From NCBI GenBank assembly GCA_027593235.1, contig JAQCIU010000002.1:82567-146566 (forward strand): a stretch of 64,000 nucleotides of DNA. Direction: 5' to 3'. The stretch is from Chloroflexota bacterium. GTDB lineage: Bacteria; Chloroflexota; Dehalococcoidia; UBA2979. A model generated the notes under the pieces. The model had not been told where the DNA came from. It did not search any database and was given only the letters and a program-made list of their open reading frames with translations. Below, in pieces: positions 9,283-17,125 of this stretch; the first letter of the stretch is position 1, and each line of letters begins with the position of its first letter. The position numbers and the translations under genes are program-made.

Positions 9283-12200
9283 GTGGGTGCTCGCATGAAT
9301 CTCTGGCCGGGGAGTCAGTCGAACGATCACTTCTGCTCGGATCACGGGCCCAAGCATCAGCATGGACCCGATCGCTGGGAGTCGTTCGCCGCGCAGCGCG
9401 CCGAGGTCGACGCGCAGGTTGAGTACGACACGCCTCGGTCGCTCGCGACGCGCGATCCGACGGATCCGGTGCCGATCGAGGTCCTCGATGCGGTGCCGTA
9501 CGTGGAGTTGCACGCGCACTCGAACTACTCGCTCCTCGAGGGCGCATCCAGCATCGAGGAGCTGGTGTGGGAGGCGCGCGAGCAGGGGCATGCGGCGCTG
9601 GCGCTGACGGATCACAACGGGATGTTCGGGTCGATGGAGTTCGCGCGCGCGGCAAAGGAAGCTGGCCTGCGCCCGATCACCGGCCTCGAACTCACGGTGG
9701 TGGAGCCCAATCCCGAGGATGGCCGCGCCTGGTACGAGCGCAGCCCCGCGGCGGGACGCAGCGACCGAGGGCGCAAACCCGTCCGAGGCGTCGCCGTCCA
9801 GCGAGAAGGCTTGCTGGCGCCGCGCGGGCGGTCGCACGTGACGCTGCTGGCGGAGACGAAGCAGGGCTACTCGAATCTCTGCCGGCTCTCCAGCATCGCG
9901 TTCGGGCTCCTCGAGGAGAGCGACGCGGCGAAGGAGGAGCGGCGGCTCGATCCGTGCATCGCGATCGCGCAGCTCGAGGCGCATAGCGAGGGGCTGATCC
10001 TGCTGACCGGCTGCCGCGACAGCTCGGTGGCGCGGCTGGCCGGGGAGGGGCAACTCGATCAGTCGGAGGCGGCGCTGCGGCGGTTCGTGGAGTGGTTTGG
10101 CCTCGAGAGTGTGTTCGTGGAGTTGCAGGACAACCTCGTATTTGGGGACCGGCCTCGGAACCGCGCGCTGGTGCAGGTGGCGGAGCGGGTCGGGGTGGGC
10201 GTCGTCGGCACGGGGAACGTGCACTACCACGACCGCAAGCGGCACCGACTGCAGGACGTGATGGTGGCGATCCGGTCGCGGAAGTCGCTCGATGAGTCGC
10301 ACCAGGAGCGGCGGCCGAACGCGGAGTTCTACCTGCGCTCACCGGAGCGGCAGGCGCGTCGCTTCGAGGCGTATCACCCGGACGCGGCGGCCAACTCCGT
10401 GCGGATCGCCCGCCGCTGCGCGTTCGACCTGACCGAGGACCTCGGCTTCCGCCTGCCGTCGCCGGAGACGGAGAGCGGGCGCCCGCCGATCGAGGAGCTG
10501 GGCGCGATCTGTCGCGTGCGGCTGTACGAGCGCTACGCGACCGCGACGACGCAGGATCGTGAGGTGGCGGAGGCGCGGCTGGAGCACGAGCTGCGGCTGA
10601 TCGAGATGAACGGACTGGCCGGGTTCTTCCTCGTCTACCACCAGATCTTCGAGCTGGCCTCGGAGGTGGCGGACGAGGTGCGCGGGACCGAGGCACGACG
10701 GCGCGCGAACATGCCGCCGGGGCGCGGGCGGGGGTCCTCGGTGGCGTCGATCGTCTGTTACCTGATCGGGCTGTCGCACATCGACCCGATCAAGAACAAC
10801 CTGACCGTGGACCGCTTCCTCAACGAGGGCATGCGCACGTTCCCGGACATCGACCTGGATTTCGCGCGCGACATCCGCGCCGAGCTGATCGAGCGCGTCT
10901 ACCGGGTGTGGGGCAAGGAGCACGCAGCGCTGGTCGCGATCTTTCCGACCTACCGCCTGAAGAGCGCCATCCGTGACATCGGCAAGGCGCTCGGACTGCC
11001 CTCGGCGGAGCTGGAGCGCCTGGCGAAGAAGTCCAACCCGCATGGCGGCATCGAAGATTTGCCCGAGGAACTCGCGCGCCTGCCCGAGTTCGCTGACCGG
11101 CTGGAGACGCAGGCGTGGCGCGACCTTCTGGAGCTGTCTCAGGAGCTGGCCGGCTTCCCGCGCCACCTCTCGCAGCACGTCGGCGGGATGGTGATCTCCT
11201 CGGAGCCGCTGATCGACTTCGTGCCCTGCCAGCCGGCCGCGTGGCCCAACCGCTACATCTGCCACTGGGACAAGGACAGCGTCGACGACGCGAAGATGGT
11301 CAAGATCGACTTCCTCGGCCTCGGCATGCTCTCCGTCGTCGAGGAGACCGCCGACCTGATCGCCGAGCAGGGCCACCGCCCGCTCGACCTCTCCCGCATC
11401 GCCTTCGACGACAGCGACGTCTACGACGACATCTGCCGAGGTGACACCGTCGGTGTCTTCCAGATCGAGTCGCGCGCCCAGATCGCGATGCTCCCTCGGA
11501 CGCAGCCGCGCAACCTCGAGGACCTCACGGTGCAGGTGTCGATCGTGCGGCCGGGCCCGATCGTCGGTGGCGCGGTGAATCCGTACGTGCGCGAGCGGGA
11601 GAAGCAACGCCGCCTCGGAGACCGCTACACGCCGCCGAACGTGCACGAGTGCGTGAACGACGTGCTCGGCGAAACGCTCGGCGTCGTGCTGTTCCAGGAG
11701 CAGGTCGTGCAGGTCGCGCGCCAGATGGGCGGCTTCACCGCCGGGCAGGCGGAGCAGTTCCGCCGCGCGATGAGCCGCAAACGCTCGCTCGCCGCGATGC
11801 AGCGCTACGAGCAGGACTTCATGGACGGCGCCGCCTCGAGAGGTGTGCCGCCGGTGACGGCTGAGCGGATGTTCCAGAACCTGCTCGGCTTCGCCGAGTT
11901 CGGCTTCCCGAAGAGCCACGGCGCCGCGTTCGGCCTGCTCGCGTACCAGACGAGCTGGCTGAAGCGGTACCACCCGGCGCCGTTCACCTGCGCGCTCTTC
12001 AACAACCAGCCGATGGGCTTCTACCCGCCGCACGTCCTCACCAACGACGCCAAGCGCCACGAGATCGAGGTGCTGCGACCGGACATCAACGTGAGTAAGG
12101 CGCGCTGCTCGGTGGAGTTGCCATCCTCGGGAGGTGGTGCACGGGGGGCGGTGCGCGTCGGCCTCGGCTACGTGCGCGGCGTCGGCCAGGCGGCCAGCGA

Positions 12201-12885
12201 ACGTATCGAGTACGAGCACATGCTCGGCGGCGACTTCGTCTCGCTGTTCGACTTCGTCCAACGCACCGGCGTCAGCCGCGAGGCGACCCAGAACCTGATC
12301 CGCATCGGCGCCTTCGACGACTTCGGCCTCAACCGCCGCGAGCTGATCTGGCAGCTCGGCCTCTTCTGGGGCGACATGCACCAGAGCAAGCTGTCCGTGA
12401 AACGGGAGCGCCAGCTCCGCATGCCGATGGCGACTTCACAGGACCAGGTGCAGCTCGCCGACTTCAGCGACTACCAGCGCATGACCGCCGACTACGAGCT
12501 GATGTCGCTCTCGCCCGACCGCCACCCGATGCAGTTCCTGCGCCCCGCCCTCGGCGAGGGCGTCGCCTCCAGCCGCCACCTCCGCGCGATGCCGGGCAAC
12601 GCGAAGGTGGAGGTGGCCGGCCTCGTGGTCTGCCGTCAGCGCCCGATGACCGCCAAGGGCATCATCTTCCTGCTGCTGGAGGACGAGTTTGGCCTGATGA
12701 ACATCCTCGTCAGCCGCGAGCTATCCGAGAAGTTCCGCGACCACATCCGCACCGAGCCGTTCATCCGCGCCACGGGCATCCTCGAAGAGCGCGCCGGCGA
12801 GCAGCGGACGCTGGTGGCGACTCACCTCGAGGCGCTCGTGCCCGCGGAGGTGTTTCGGACACCGGAGGGGAAGTCGTGGGGGTAG
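9283..12885 (+). CDS. dnaE2: Error-prone DNA polymerase III alpha-type subunit DnaE2 (ImuC)
   Basis: PHP domain YVELHAHSNYSLLEGAS...LALTDHNGMFG. Pol III alpha core: GRGSSVASIVCYLIGLSHIDP, DIDLDF, KIDFLGLGMLSVV, VGVFQIESRAQ, LFQEQ. C-terminal OB-like region. The start is ambiguous (GTG 9283, ATG 9295, GTG 9469). Confidence 0.9.
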   Translation: MGARMNLWPGSQSNDHFCSDHGPKHQHGPDRWESFAAQRAEVDAQVEYDTPRSLATRDPTDPVPIEVLDAVPYVELHAHSNYSLLEGASSIEELVWEAREQGHAALALTDHNGMFGSMEFARAAKEAGLRPITGLELTVVEPNPEDGRAWYERSPAAGRSDRGRKPVRGVAVQREGLLAPRGRSHVTLLAETKQGYSNLCRLSSIAFGLLEESDAAKEERRLDPCIAIAQLEAHSEGLILLTGCRDSSVARLAGEGQLDQSEAALRRFVEWFGLESVFVELQDNLVFGDRPRNRALVQVAERVGVGVVGTGNVHYHDRKRHRLQDVMVAIRSRKSLDESHQERRPNAEFYLRSPERQARRFEAYHPDAAANSVRIARRCAFDLTEDLGFRLPSPETESGRPPIEELGAICRVRLYERYATATTQDREVAEARLEHELRLIEMNGLAGFFLVYHQIFELASEVADEVRGTEARRRANMPPGRGRGSSVASIVCYLIGLSHIDPIKNNLTVDRFLNEGMRTFPDIDLDFARDIRAELIERVYRVWGKEHAALVAIFPTYRLKSAIRDIGKALGLPSAELERLAKKSNPHGGIEDLPEELARLPEFADRLETQAWRDLLELSQELAGFPRHLSQHVGGMVISSEPLIDFVPCQPAAWPNRYICHWDKDSVDDAKMVKIDFLGLGMLSVVEETADLIAEQGHRPLDLSRIAFDDSDVYDDICRGDTVGVFQIESRAQIAMLPRTQPRNLEDLTVQVSIVRPGPIVGGAVNPYVREREKQRRLGDRYTPPNVHECVNDVLGETLGVVLFQEQVVQVARQMGGFTAGQAEQFRRAMSRKRSLAAMQRYEQDFMDGAASRGVPPVTAERMFQNLLGFAEFGFPKSHGAAFGLLAYQTSWLKRYHPAPFTCALFNNQPMGFYPPHVLTNDAKRHEIEVLRPDINVSKARCSVELPSSGGGARGAVRVGLGYVRGVGQAASERIEYEHMLGGDFVSLFDFVQRTGVSREATQNLIRIGAFDDFGLNRRELIWQLGLFWGDMHQSKLSVKRERQLRMPMATSQDQVQLADFSDYQRMTADYELMSLSPDRHPMQFLRPALGEGVASSRHLRAMPGNAKVEVAGLVVCRQRPMTAKGIIFLLLEDEFGLMNILVSRELSEKFRDHIRTEPFIRATGILEERAGEQRTLVATHLEALVPAEVFRTPEGKSWG

Positions 12886-12926
12886 GAGGTGCGCGCTGCT
12901 TCGATCCCACGACGTCGGCGAGGATT

Positions 12927-13412
12927 CTATGGCGGCGGCAGAAAAACGTACGGCCTTCTCGATGCATTAGCGTCGTGGGCAACTTCGAGAGCAGACAAGA
13001 AGGCATCTTCTTGCCCTGGTGAAATAAGCGAGCCGTAAACGGTAGCGTCGCTCAGTTTGACGTCCTGGAGATTGAGCCCGCGAAAGTCGGCTCCCAACAG
13101 GTTGTTTCGACTGAAACGTGTGTGCTCAAGCCGCGCTCCTCGCCACACCGAATAGCTGAGGTTGGCACGCCGAAGGCGCGCTCGTTGGAGCTTGGAGTCG
13201 GAGAAGTCAGTCCTAGTGAGGTTTGCGCGCTTCAACTGAGCAAGATAGAGATCCGCACCACGGAGGTTCAGGCCCGGAGCGTATGCCTCGCGTAGATCCG
13301 CCCTCTGGAGGTCAGAATCCGAAAGGTCGACATCGAGCAGAACGGCCGCTTGGAGCTTGGCCCTAGTTAGCGTTGCTCCCGAGAGGTCGACCCGATAGAG
13401 GTATGCACCGGG
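12927..13412 (-). CDS. Pentapeptide-repeat protein (no canonical start codon found; possibly 5'-truncated)
   Basis: Tandem A(D/N)LxX repeats: VDLSGATLTRAKLQAAVLLDVDLSDSDLQRADLREAYAPGLNLRGADLYLAQLKRANLTRTDFSDSKLQRARLRRANL... G+C is visibly lower than in the flanks. The ORF-track 415-aa ORF is a run-on into the CoA-transferase gene. Confidence 0.6.
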   Translation of the reverse strand, partial: PGAYLYRVDLSGATLTRAKLQAAVLLDVDLSDSDLQRADLREAYAPGLNLRGADLYLAQLKRANLTRTDFSDSKLQRARLRRANLSYSVWRGARLEHTRFSRNNLLGADFRGLNLQDVKLSDATVYGSLISPGQEDAFLSALEVAHDANASRRPYVFLPPP

Positions 13413-13482
13413 CGGAACCGGCGCGCGTCGACCCGGACGAATGGCGGGTTGACGGGGGCGGTGCGGGTGCCGCCGGCGGGCG

Positions 13483-15930
13483 CTACTGGAGCACCCCGCC
13501 AGCGGCGAGTTCCGCGATCCGATCGGCGTCGTAGCCGAGCAGACAGTTGAGCACCTCGAAGTTGTGCTCGCCGAACGTGGGGCCGCCACGCTCCGTCCGC
13601 GCCGGCGTCCGTGACAGGCGGAACCGCGAGGCCTCGACGGTTGTCTCGCCGAGCGCGGAATGCGCGACGCGCGCGAAGTGGCCGCGGTGGATGAGCTGCG
13701 GGTCGGCGATCGCCTCGGTGCTGTTCTGCACCGCGTGCGCGGGGACGCCGGCGGCCTGGAGCGTGTGCTCGGCCTCGGACATGTCGCGCTCGGCAGTCCA
13801 GGCGGCGACCGCGGCATCGAGGGCCTCGGTGGCGCCGAGGCGCCCGGCGAGGGTGGAGAGCGCGGGGTCCGCCGCGAGGTCGGTGCGCCCGATCGCGGTG
13901 GCGAGCGCCGACCACTGGGCGTCGGTCTCGCAGGCGACGGCGACCCAGCGGTCGGTGCCGGTGGCGGGGTAGACGCCGTGCGGCGCCATCTGAGGGGCGC
14001 TGTCACCACGGCGTTCGAACTCGTGCCCATTGATCGAGTAATCGAGCATCGCCGGCGCGAGGTAGTGGATGCTCGACTCCGCCTGCGAGAAGTCGATGTA
14101 CTGGCCCTCGCCTGTACGGTCGCGGTGTTCGAGGGCGGCCAGCACGGCCGCGAGGGTGAATCGCGGCGCGACATAATCGCTGTACGCGGCGACCATGGCG
14201 GGGTCGCGATCGGCCCAGCCGGCGAGCATGTTGAACCCCGCCGCGGCGGCCCCCATGGTGCCGAACCCGGCGATATCCGAATACGGCCCGCTCTGCCCGA
14301 ACAGCGAGCTGCTGAGCATGATGACCCGCGGATTGACCTCGCGGATCTGCTCGTAGCTCAAGCCCCAGGCACGCATCGCGCGCGGCGAGAACGACTCGCC
14401 GACGACGTCGGCCCAGCGCACGAGATCGAGGACGACGGCGCGGCCTTCCTCGGAACCGAGGTCGAGTGTCAGTCCGAGCTTGCCGGCGTTCATGTTCTGG
14501 TAGAGGCCCGAGTTCTCGGGACCGGCGGCGCCGGTGTTCCACGGACCGAGGCCACGGGCCGTGTCGACGCGCGTCGTCGATTCGATCTTGACCACGGTGG
14601 CGCCGTAGTCGGCCATGACGCGGGTGGAGGTCGGGCCGGCGACCACCCACATGAAATCGAGGACCTTCAGATCGCTCAGCGGCAGGTCCGCGCCGCTGCT
14701 CTCTACCGGGGGAGGAGCCGAAGCTGTTCGCGTGAGTGCCGACTCGAACTCCGCGTCGTGCTGTCCGATTGCGGGCGCGGTGTCGCCGAGATCGAGCGGC
14801 GTAGCGCTCAATCGAGCGAACGCGCCGGGGTAGCGGACGCTTCGTCCGTCCTCGGCAGGCACGTCGTGCCAGTAGTCGCGGGCCGCGAACTGCGGCGAAT
14901 CGTGCAGATCGCCGATCGCCGACAGCGGGACGATGAGCAGGCGGCGGGCCATCGCCTCGCGGAGCAGCTCTTCCTTCGTCTTTGACGCGACGAATGCGCC
15001 GACGGTCTGGAGGACGCGCTGGTACTCGGCCGGTGGTTCCTGTCCGCTGACGAGCAACCCGGTGTAGTTGAGCCAGTCCTTGTCGCGGGTGGCTTCGTCG
15101 CAGCCCCCCTCCTCGTAGATCCACTCCATGAGGCGGCGCGAGAAGGGCCCGATCGCCGCGCCGAAGAGGAAGGTGACCGAGGCGTAGCCGTCCTTCGCTT
15201 TCCAGACGAGCGGGATCGGTAGCCCGCTGAGGTTGACGCCACCGGTGAAGCGGCTGGTGTCGACATCGCCGACGGCGTGCGCGAGGGCGATCGACTGGGT
15301 CGCCTGCATGAGCGACGTCTGCGCGGACACGTCGATGTGCTGACCGAGGCCGGAGCGGGTGCGCTCGCGGAGCGCGATCAGGGCGGCCTGCGCCGCCTCG
15401 GCGCCGGCGTGCAACCCCGACTGGGGGAGGCCGATTCGCAGTGGTGCGCGGTCGTGGTCCCCGGTGATCGCCATCTCGACCGACGAGGCCGCGATGACGA
15501 GGTCGCTGGCGGCGTAGCCGGCTTTCGGTCCATCCGCGCCGAAGCCGCTGATCGACACATAGACGAGGCCCGGATTGCCCTCGGCAAGCGCGTCGTAACC
15601 GAGGCCGATTGCGTCCATCTGGCCGGGGCCGGCGGATTCGATCAGCACGTCAGCGGTGGCGGCGAGCTTGCGGAGGCGCTCCCGCCCGGCCTCGGAGGCG
15701 AGGTCCGCGGTCATGGATCGCTTGTTGCGGGCGTAGGACCACCAGTTGAGGGAGTGATCGCCGTCATCGATGTCGTGCGCGAACGGTCCGCGGCGGCGCG
15801 CCGGATTGCCCTCGGGCGGTTCGATCGCAATCACGTCGGCGCCGAGGTCGGCGAGGATCATCCCGCCAATCAGGCCTCGGTCGTCGGTGAGGTCGAGCAC
15901 GCGGTAGTGGCTGAGCATCGTTTCCCCCAT
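13483..15930 (-). CDS. Double-module family III (CaiB/BaiF-type) CoA-transferase, two fused modules in one 815-aa polypeptide
   Basis: Two N-terminal-type signatures in one chain: YRVLDLTDDRGLIGGMILADLGADVIAIEPP and, ~400 aa later, LKVLDFMWVVAGPTSTRVMADYGATVVKIES. Each is followed by an Asp-containing active-site stretch (GYAASDLVIAASS; GPYSDIAGFG) and GxGQxIDxS. Confidence 0.85.
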   Translation of the reverse strand: MGETMLSHYRVLDLTDDRGLIGGMILADLGADVIAIEPPEGNPARRRGPFAHDIDDGDHSLNWWSYARNKRSMTADLASEAGRERLRKLAATADVLIESAGPGQMDAIGLGYDALAEGNPGLVYVSISGFGADGPKAGYAASDLVIAASSVEMAITGDHDRAPLRIGLPQSGLHAGAEAAQAALIALRERTRSGLGQHIDVSAQTSLMQATQSIALAHAVGDVDTSRFTGGVNLSGLPIPLVWKAKDGYASVTFLFGAAIGPFSRRLMEWIYEEGGCDEATRDKDWLNYTGLLVSGQEPPAEYQRVLQTVGAFVASKTKEELLREAMARRLLIVPLSAIGDLHDSPQFAARDYWHDVPAEDGRSVRYPGAFARLSATPLDLGDTAPAIGQHDAEFESALTRTASAPPPVESSGADLPLSDLKVLDFMWVVAGPTSTRVMADYGATVVKIESTTRVDTARGLGPWNTGAAGPENSGLYQNMNAGKLGLTLDLGSEEGRAVVLDLVRWADVVGESFSPRAMRAWGLSYEQIREVNPRVIMLSSSLFGQSGPYSDIAGFGTMGAAAAGFNMLAGWADRDPAMVAAYSDYVAPRFTLAAVLAALEHRDRTGEGQYIDFSQAESSIHYLAPAMLDYSINGHEFERRGDSAPQMAPHGVYPATGTDRWVAVACETDAQWSALATAIGRTDLAADPALSTLAGRLGATEALDAAVAAWTAERDMSEAEHTLQAAGVPAHAVQNSTEAIADPQLIHRGHFARVAHSALGETTVEASRFRLSRTPARTERGGPTFGEHNFEVLNCLLGYDADRIAELAAGGVLQ

Positions 15931-16089
15931 GCGGCAGGCGTATGCGGTGGGTTCGGCGAGCGCATCCTATCGCGATCGTCATCGGGCGTGTCAGGGCGGG
16001 GTGCGTTCGCCGCGAGGTTTCGGGACGGCTGCGGTCGGATATCGTGTCGGTGGCCCGCCCGGGCCGCGCACTACATCCAGGAGGATCCG

Positions 16090-16926
16090 ATGGCCGATTC
16101 CGCGATGAACATCTCGATGCCGCCGATCCCGCGCACGACGGGCATCCGCCTCGAGGGCAAACGGGCGATCGTGACCGGCGCCGGATCGCGCGCGGCGGGG
16201 ATTGGGAACGGACGGGCGGCCGCGACGCTGTTCGCCCTCGAGGGTGCGCGCGTGCTGCTGGTGGATCGCGAGCTGGAATCCGCGGAGCAGACGCGCGCGC
16301 TGATCCTGGAGCAGCGCCCCGAGGCCGAGGTCGAGGTCTTCGAGGGCGATGTGACCGACGAGGAGTCCTGCGCGGCGATGGTGCGGACCGCGGTCCAGGC
16401 GTGGGGCGGTCTCGATGTGCTGCAGAACAACGTCGGTGTTGGCCTCTCGGAGGGGAGCGTGGTCGACACCGACCTCGATCAGTGGGACATGGTGCAGGAG
16501 GTCAACGTCCGGAGCATGGTGCTGACCGGACGGCACGCGATCCCGGCGATGATCGCCTCGGGTGGCGGATCGATCATCAATATCTCCTCGGTGGCCGCGT
16601 TGCGGCCGCGCGGGATGACCGCCTATTCCACCTCGAAGGGCGCCGTGATCGCGCTGTCGCAGGCAATGGCGGCGGATCACGCGCGACAGGGCGTGCGGGT
16701 GAACTGCATCGCGCCCGGCCCGGTGTACACGCCGATGGTCTACGCGGGCGGGATGGACGAGGAGCGGCGCACGTCGCGTCGCGAGGCCTCGGCGCTGGGC
16801 ATCGAGGGCACCGGATGGGACATCGGCCTCGCGGCGGTGTTCCTCGCCTCGGACGAGTCGCGCTACATCACGGGGCTGGTGCTGCCCGTCGAGGGCGGAA
16901 TGTTGCTGCGGGGACCGAGCCGCTAG
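16090..16926 (+). CDS. SDR family oxidoreductase
   Basis: ATG at 16090 preceded by AGGAGGA; the upstream part of ORF 15277..16926 is a run-on. KRAIVTGAGSRAAGIGNGRA (TGxxxGxG), NNVG, ISSVAA, YSTSKGAV (YxxxK). Confidence 0.85.
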   Translation: MADSAMNISMPPIPRTTGIRLEGKRAIVTGAGSRAAGIGNGRAAATLFALEGARVLLVDRELESAEQTRALILEQRPEAEVEVFEGDVTDEESCAAMVRTAVQAWGGLDVLQNNVGVGLSEGSVVDTDLDQWDMVQEVNVRSMVLTGRHAIPAMIASGGGSIINISSVAALRPRGMTAYSTSKGAVIALSQAMAADHARQGVRVNCIAPGPVYTPMVYAGGMDEERRTSRREASALGIEGTGWDIGLAAVFLASDESRYITGLVLPVEGGMLLRGPSR

Positions 16927-16927
16927 C

Positions 16928-17125
16928 GTGATCGGGTTTGGTCTGGCGCTGTTCGCCGCACTGATCGCCGAGGTGTTCGTGCTGATGCTCGGGCGCGATT
17001 CGATTTCGGTGCCGGACGCGGCGCGCTTCGGCCTCCACGGGTTGGTGATCGTCCTCGCGGTCGTCGTCCTCGCGGTCGTCGTCGCCGCGCTCGCCGTACG
17101 GGAGCTGCGTCGAACGCCTCGCTAG
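16928..17125 (+). CDS. Small hypothetical membrane protein (65 aa, two hydrophobic segments)
   Basis: The GTG lies 2 nt after the SDR stop. High third-position G+C. MIGFGLALFAALIAEVFVLML and LVIVLAVVVLAVVVAALAV are hydrophobic helices. No recognisable family. Confidence 0.4.
   Translation: MIGFGLALFAALIAEVFVLMLGRDSISVPDAARFGLHGLVIVLAVVVLAVVVAALAVRELRRTPR
17051..17080. repeat. Perfect 15-bp tandem duplication (gtcctcgcggtcgtc x2) inside the small membrane ORF
   Basis: Read directly from the sequence. It encodes the duplicated LAVVV-LAVVV segment. Confidence 0.9.

Noticed and set aside
9700-9835. Apparent ~30-40-aa insertion (EPNPEDGRAWYERSPAAGRSDRGRKPVRGVAVQREGLLAPRGRS) in the PHP domain of DnaE2, plus a ~60-aa N-terminal extension.
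   Set aside because: This is judged only against remembered DnaE2 sequences. Loop-length variation in PHP domains is common, and the N-terminal extension may simply reflect a wrong start choice (GTG 9469 is possible).
10339-12381. 680-aa minus-strand ORF antisense to dnaE2. Similar long antisense or out-of-frame ORFs occur at 5614..6876, 8561..9655, 8932..10302, 9692..10696, 50721..51995 and 61271..62695.
   Set aside because: Arg/Pro/Ala/His-rich, low-complexity translations with no recognisable motifs. Each lies opposite or out of frame to a gene with clear family signatures. This is the expected stop-codon paucity of high-GC DNA.
13413-14174. Upstream part of the 415-aa ORF 12927..14174.
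   Set aside because: It is an out-of-frame read-through of the CoA-transferase gene (S/R/P/T-rich). Only the pentapeptide body is credible.
15277-16089. 271-codon upstream extension of the SDR ORF 15277..16926, and the parallel ORF 15942..16931.
   Set aside because: It is antisense to the first CoA-transferase gene. The SDR Rossmann motif begins right after the RBS-supported ATG at 16090.
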